This document shows, piece after piece, positions 61,872-64,000 of a stretch of 64,000 nt of DNA. The notes under the pieces were generated by a model that worked only from the letters and a program-made list of their open reading frames with translations, searched no databases and was not told where the DNA came from. The translations under genes and the position numbers were made by a program. This DNA comes from Saccostrea cucullata (lineage: Eukaryota). Positions within the stretch are counted from its first letter, which is position 1, and every line of letters starts with the position of its first letter. Location: contig NW_026937656.1 of NCBI RefSeq assembly GCF_032062105.1, positions 1 to 64,000 on the forward strand, written 5' to 3'.

Positions 61872-62448
61872 ATACAAAGTCATGTATATAGTCTGCAGTT
61901 GGTTTGCGTCGCAAAATTCATTTGTCAATTATAACTGATAATTGTAGTACTAATCTCAAATCTAGTAATTTGATGTACGGCAATTATTTACTTCAAATCT
62001 TTAAAGCAATTAACCAGAATAAAAATTTTTTATGTGTACTTAGATCTATACGTTCTTTAACACACAAACACACGAAGAAATGCCATCCCCTGTTCAGATT
62101 GACTTTTAGGCATTTGATTTTTTAGGCGGGGGGGGGGGAATAATTGACATGACCGTTATCTAAATATTCTTGGGAGACGGACATCTCTGCCGAATTCAAT
62201 TTTGAAAATTTTATTTTAAATGTGTCACTCCGACCACAATGTATGTGCATTTTGAAGTATGTATAAATGTTTTATAATTATGGTGTTATAGAGAGTTTTT
62301 CGAGATTTCAATATCCCTGCCTGATAGTCTAGCTACTTTTTTTATATTTAAAAATAATTTCTGTAGGAGTATTTGGGAGATAATTCTAAAAGCTAAGGTA
62401 GGGAGTCTTGACACTGGTTGAATACGGATAATTTTATTTACTAATTGT

Positions 62449-62550
62449 TAGTGTTGGCAAATCGGTCGATTTTTAGTAACCGGTTACTCGCTTCATCTTC
62501 CGATCGAGTACCCGGTTACTCGGATGATTTTTGGTAAAAGTATCGATATC
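62449..62550. mobile_element. Probable left end of another hAT-type MITE
   Basis: TAGTGTTGGCAA start with repeated CGGTTACTCG motifs; partner end not found. Confidence 0.4.
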
Positions 62551-63450
62551 TATTATTTATCTTATTCTATACTTATCGGTAGTAGTAATGCGCAAATATA
62601 CTGTATAGGGACAATATATTTACAATACACACATACGATATCGTCAAAGATTTTCCGATTTTAAAATAAAGAAAATTAATAGGAAATTCGACACACAAAG
62701 ACAAATAAATACGTCACCGTAAATCACCATTTTTTCTTTCTTTTTCAGCCCTAAATGATACCCTCGCCGCCCATATGGTTATAAATAATGGCAAAGTACA
62801 TATTTTGCTGTTGTCGCTAAACCCAAAATACGTGTCGGATCAAAATGTAAAATAGGAGGTGCACAATGGTAATATGTAATATACCCATAAGATTCTGTGA
62901 AAGTTTTATGTAATTTCATTAAGTGGTATAAGAGGATTTGCGGATAGGAGAGTGCAAAGAAATTTTTTTATACAAAAAATCTGACAAGCTAAAAAAAAGG
63001 GGGGGGGGGGAAATGTCCTTTTCCTAAACACAAATCTTCTATTTCGTGTGGGGGAAAGGGGGTTGGGTGGGTTCGAACTTCAGTAACAATTTTTTTCTCC
63101 AAACACCAACACTTTCCTCTTTTTTAACTTATACTGCGACTTGTCTGTGAAAAGCGGGGGAAGAGAGGGGGGGGGGGGGGGGCTAAACCTACGCAGCAAT
63201 ATTCAATGTCTATACTAAGTATATATTTGCCCCCCCCCCCCCCCCGGTTCCGACACTTAAATGCTGAACCTGGACAACAAACAAGAGAAATTACAAAAAG
63301 CTAATTGTAGGTAGAATGTGGAATTCTCACGGGGGGTTTCCTATCTCTTTTTATCTGCTTTTTCTAGTGATCATTAATTATTTATATCTAGAAATTTAAT
63401 TCACATTAAATTCTATTTTCATTATCATTGTACCAAAGAATCAAACTCGT

Positions 63451-63907
63451 TTATTATACCCCTTGCAACAATTTGCGTGAGGTATAATGTTTTGGACCCA
63501 CCAGTCAGCCCATTTTTTTTTTTGGGGGGGGGGGGGTCAGCGCAACTTCTTATAAACTAATGCACAGAGTTTTGTTGAACTATGCTGATATTCAGAGGAG
63601 TCAATGTGTCTGTATTTGTACATCACCAGGAAATTATGAAATCTTTATTTTTTCGGGAATGTTCGCACTTTTACATTTAGATTTTGGCCATATCTTGAAT
63701 ATAAAAATGAGCAGTTTGTCAGCACAATTCCTCATAAACCGGTGCATACAATTTCGTCAAACTTGGCAGATAATTAGGACACAATATGTATAGATGTGCA
63801 TATTACAAGGAAATTACGATTCCTTTATTTTTTTCTGTGAATTTCAGCACTTCGACTTAAATGTGGGAGCGTGGGGTATGTGAATTTGCTCACTTTTTCT
63901 TTCATTG
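63451..63907. mobile_element. Decayed DINE/HINE-like element
   Basis: TTATACCCC...GGTATAA hairpin start, GTCA microsatellite remnant, internal repeats and GGGGTATGTG subterminal motif. Confidence 0.5.
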
Positions 63908-64000
63908 AGCATAGAATTATTAATAACTTTAAATCAAATTATATTAGGTCTAATAAAGCCAATATACAGTATTTATTTGATCATAAAGAAATCCGATCTG

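Overview
AT-rich eukaryotic DNA made up almost entirely of transposons, with no intact host gene recognised. The Helentron-associated (HINE-type) elements carrying ~166-bp satellite monomers suggest a bivalve, probably an oyster (inference). Main contents: (1) an apparently intact Ty3/Gypsy provirus at 2824-12174, with 1021-bp LTRs, ATGT TSD, and gag/pol joined by a UUUAAAC -1 frameshift plus pseudoknot; (2) a compact minus-strand Gypsy at 15656-19949 with ~100-bp LTRs and an abnormal 16-19-bp flanking duplication, sitting between a MULE transposase relic and a herpesvirus-like (C76-type) deubiquitinase relic; (3) a 3'-truncated Gypsy at 21646-~26920 with an unusual layout of two small CxxC zinc-ribbon-like ORFs in the leader followed by a Gag with two N-terminal hydrophobic, transmembrane-like helices. 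This third element is the best candidate for an undescribed system. The window also holds two TTAA-flanked Kolobok-like elements, Penelope, LINE, Harbinger-like, tyrosine-recombinase-like and OB-fold relics, palindromic elements, several HINEs (one nested and inverted cluster), a structured SINE-like retroposon, hAT and Tc1-type MITEs and a 30-bp minisatellite. All assignments were made by eye from motifs; no database searches were run.
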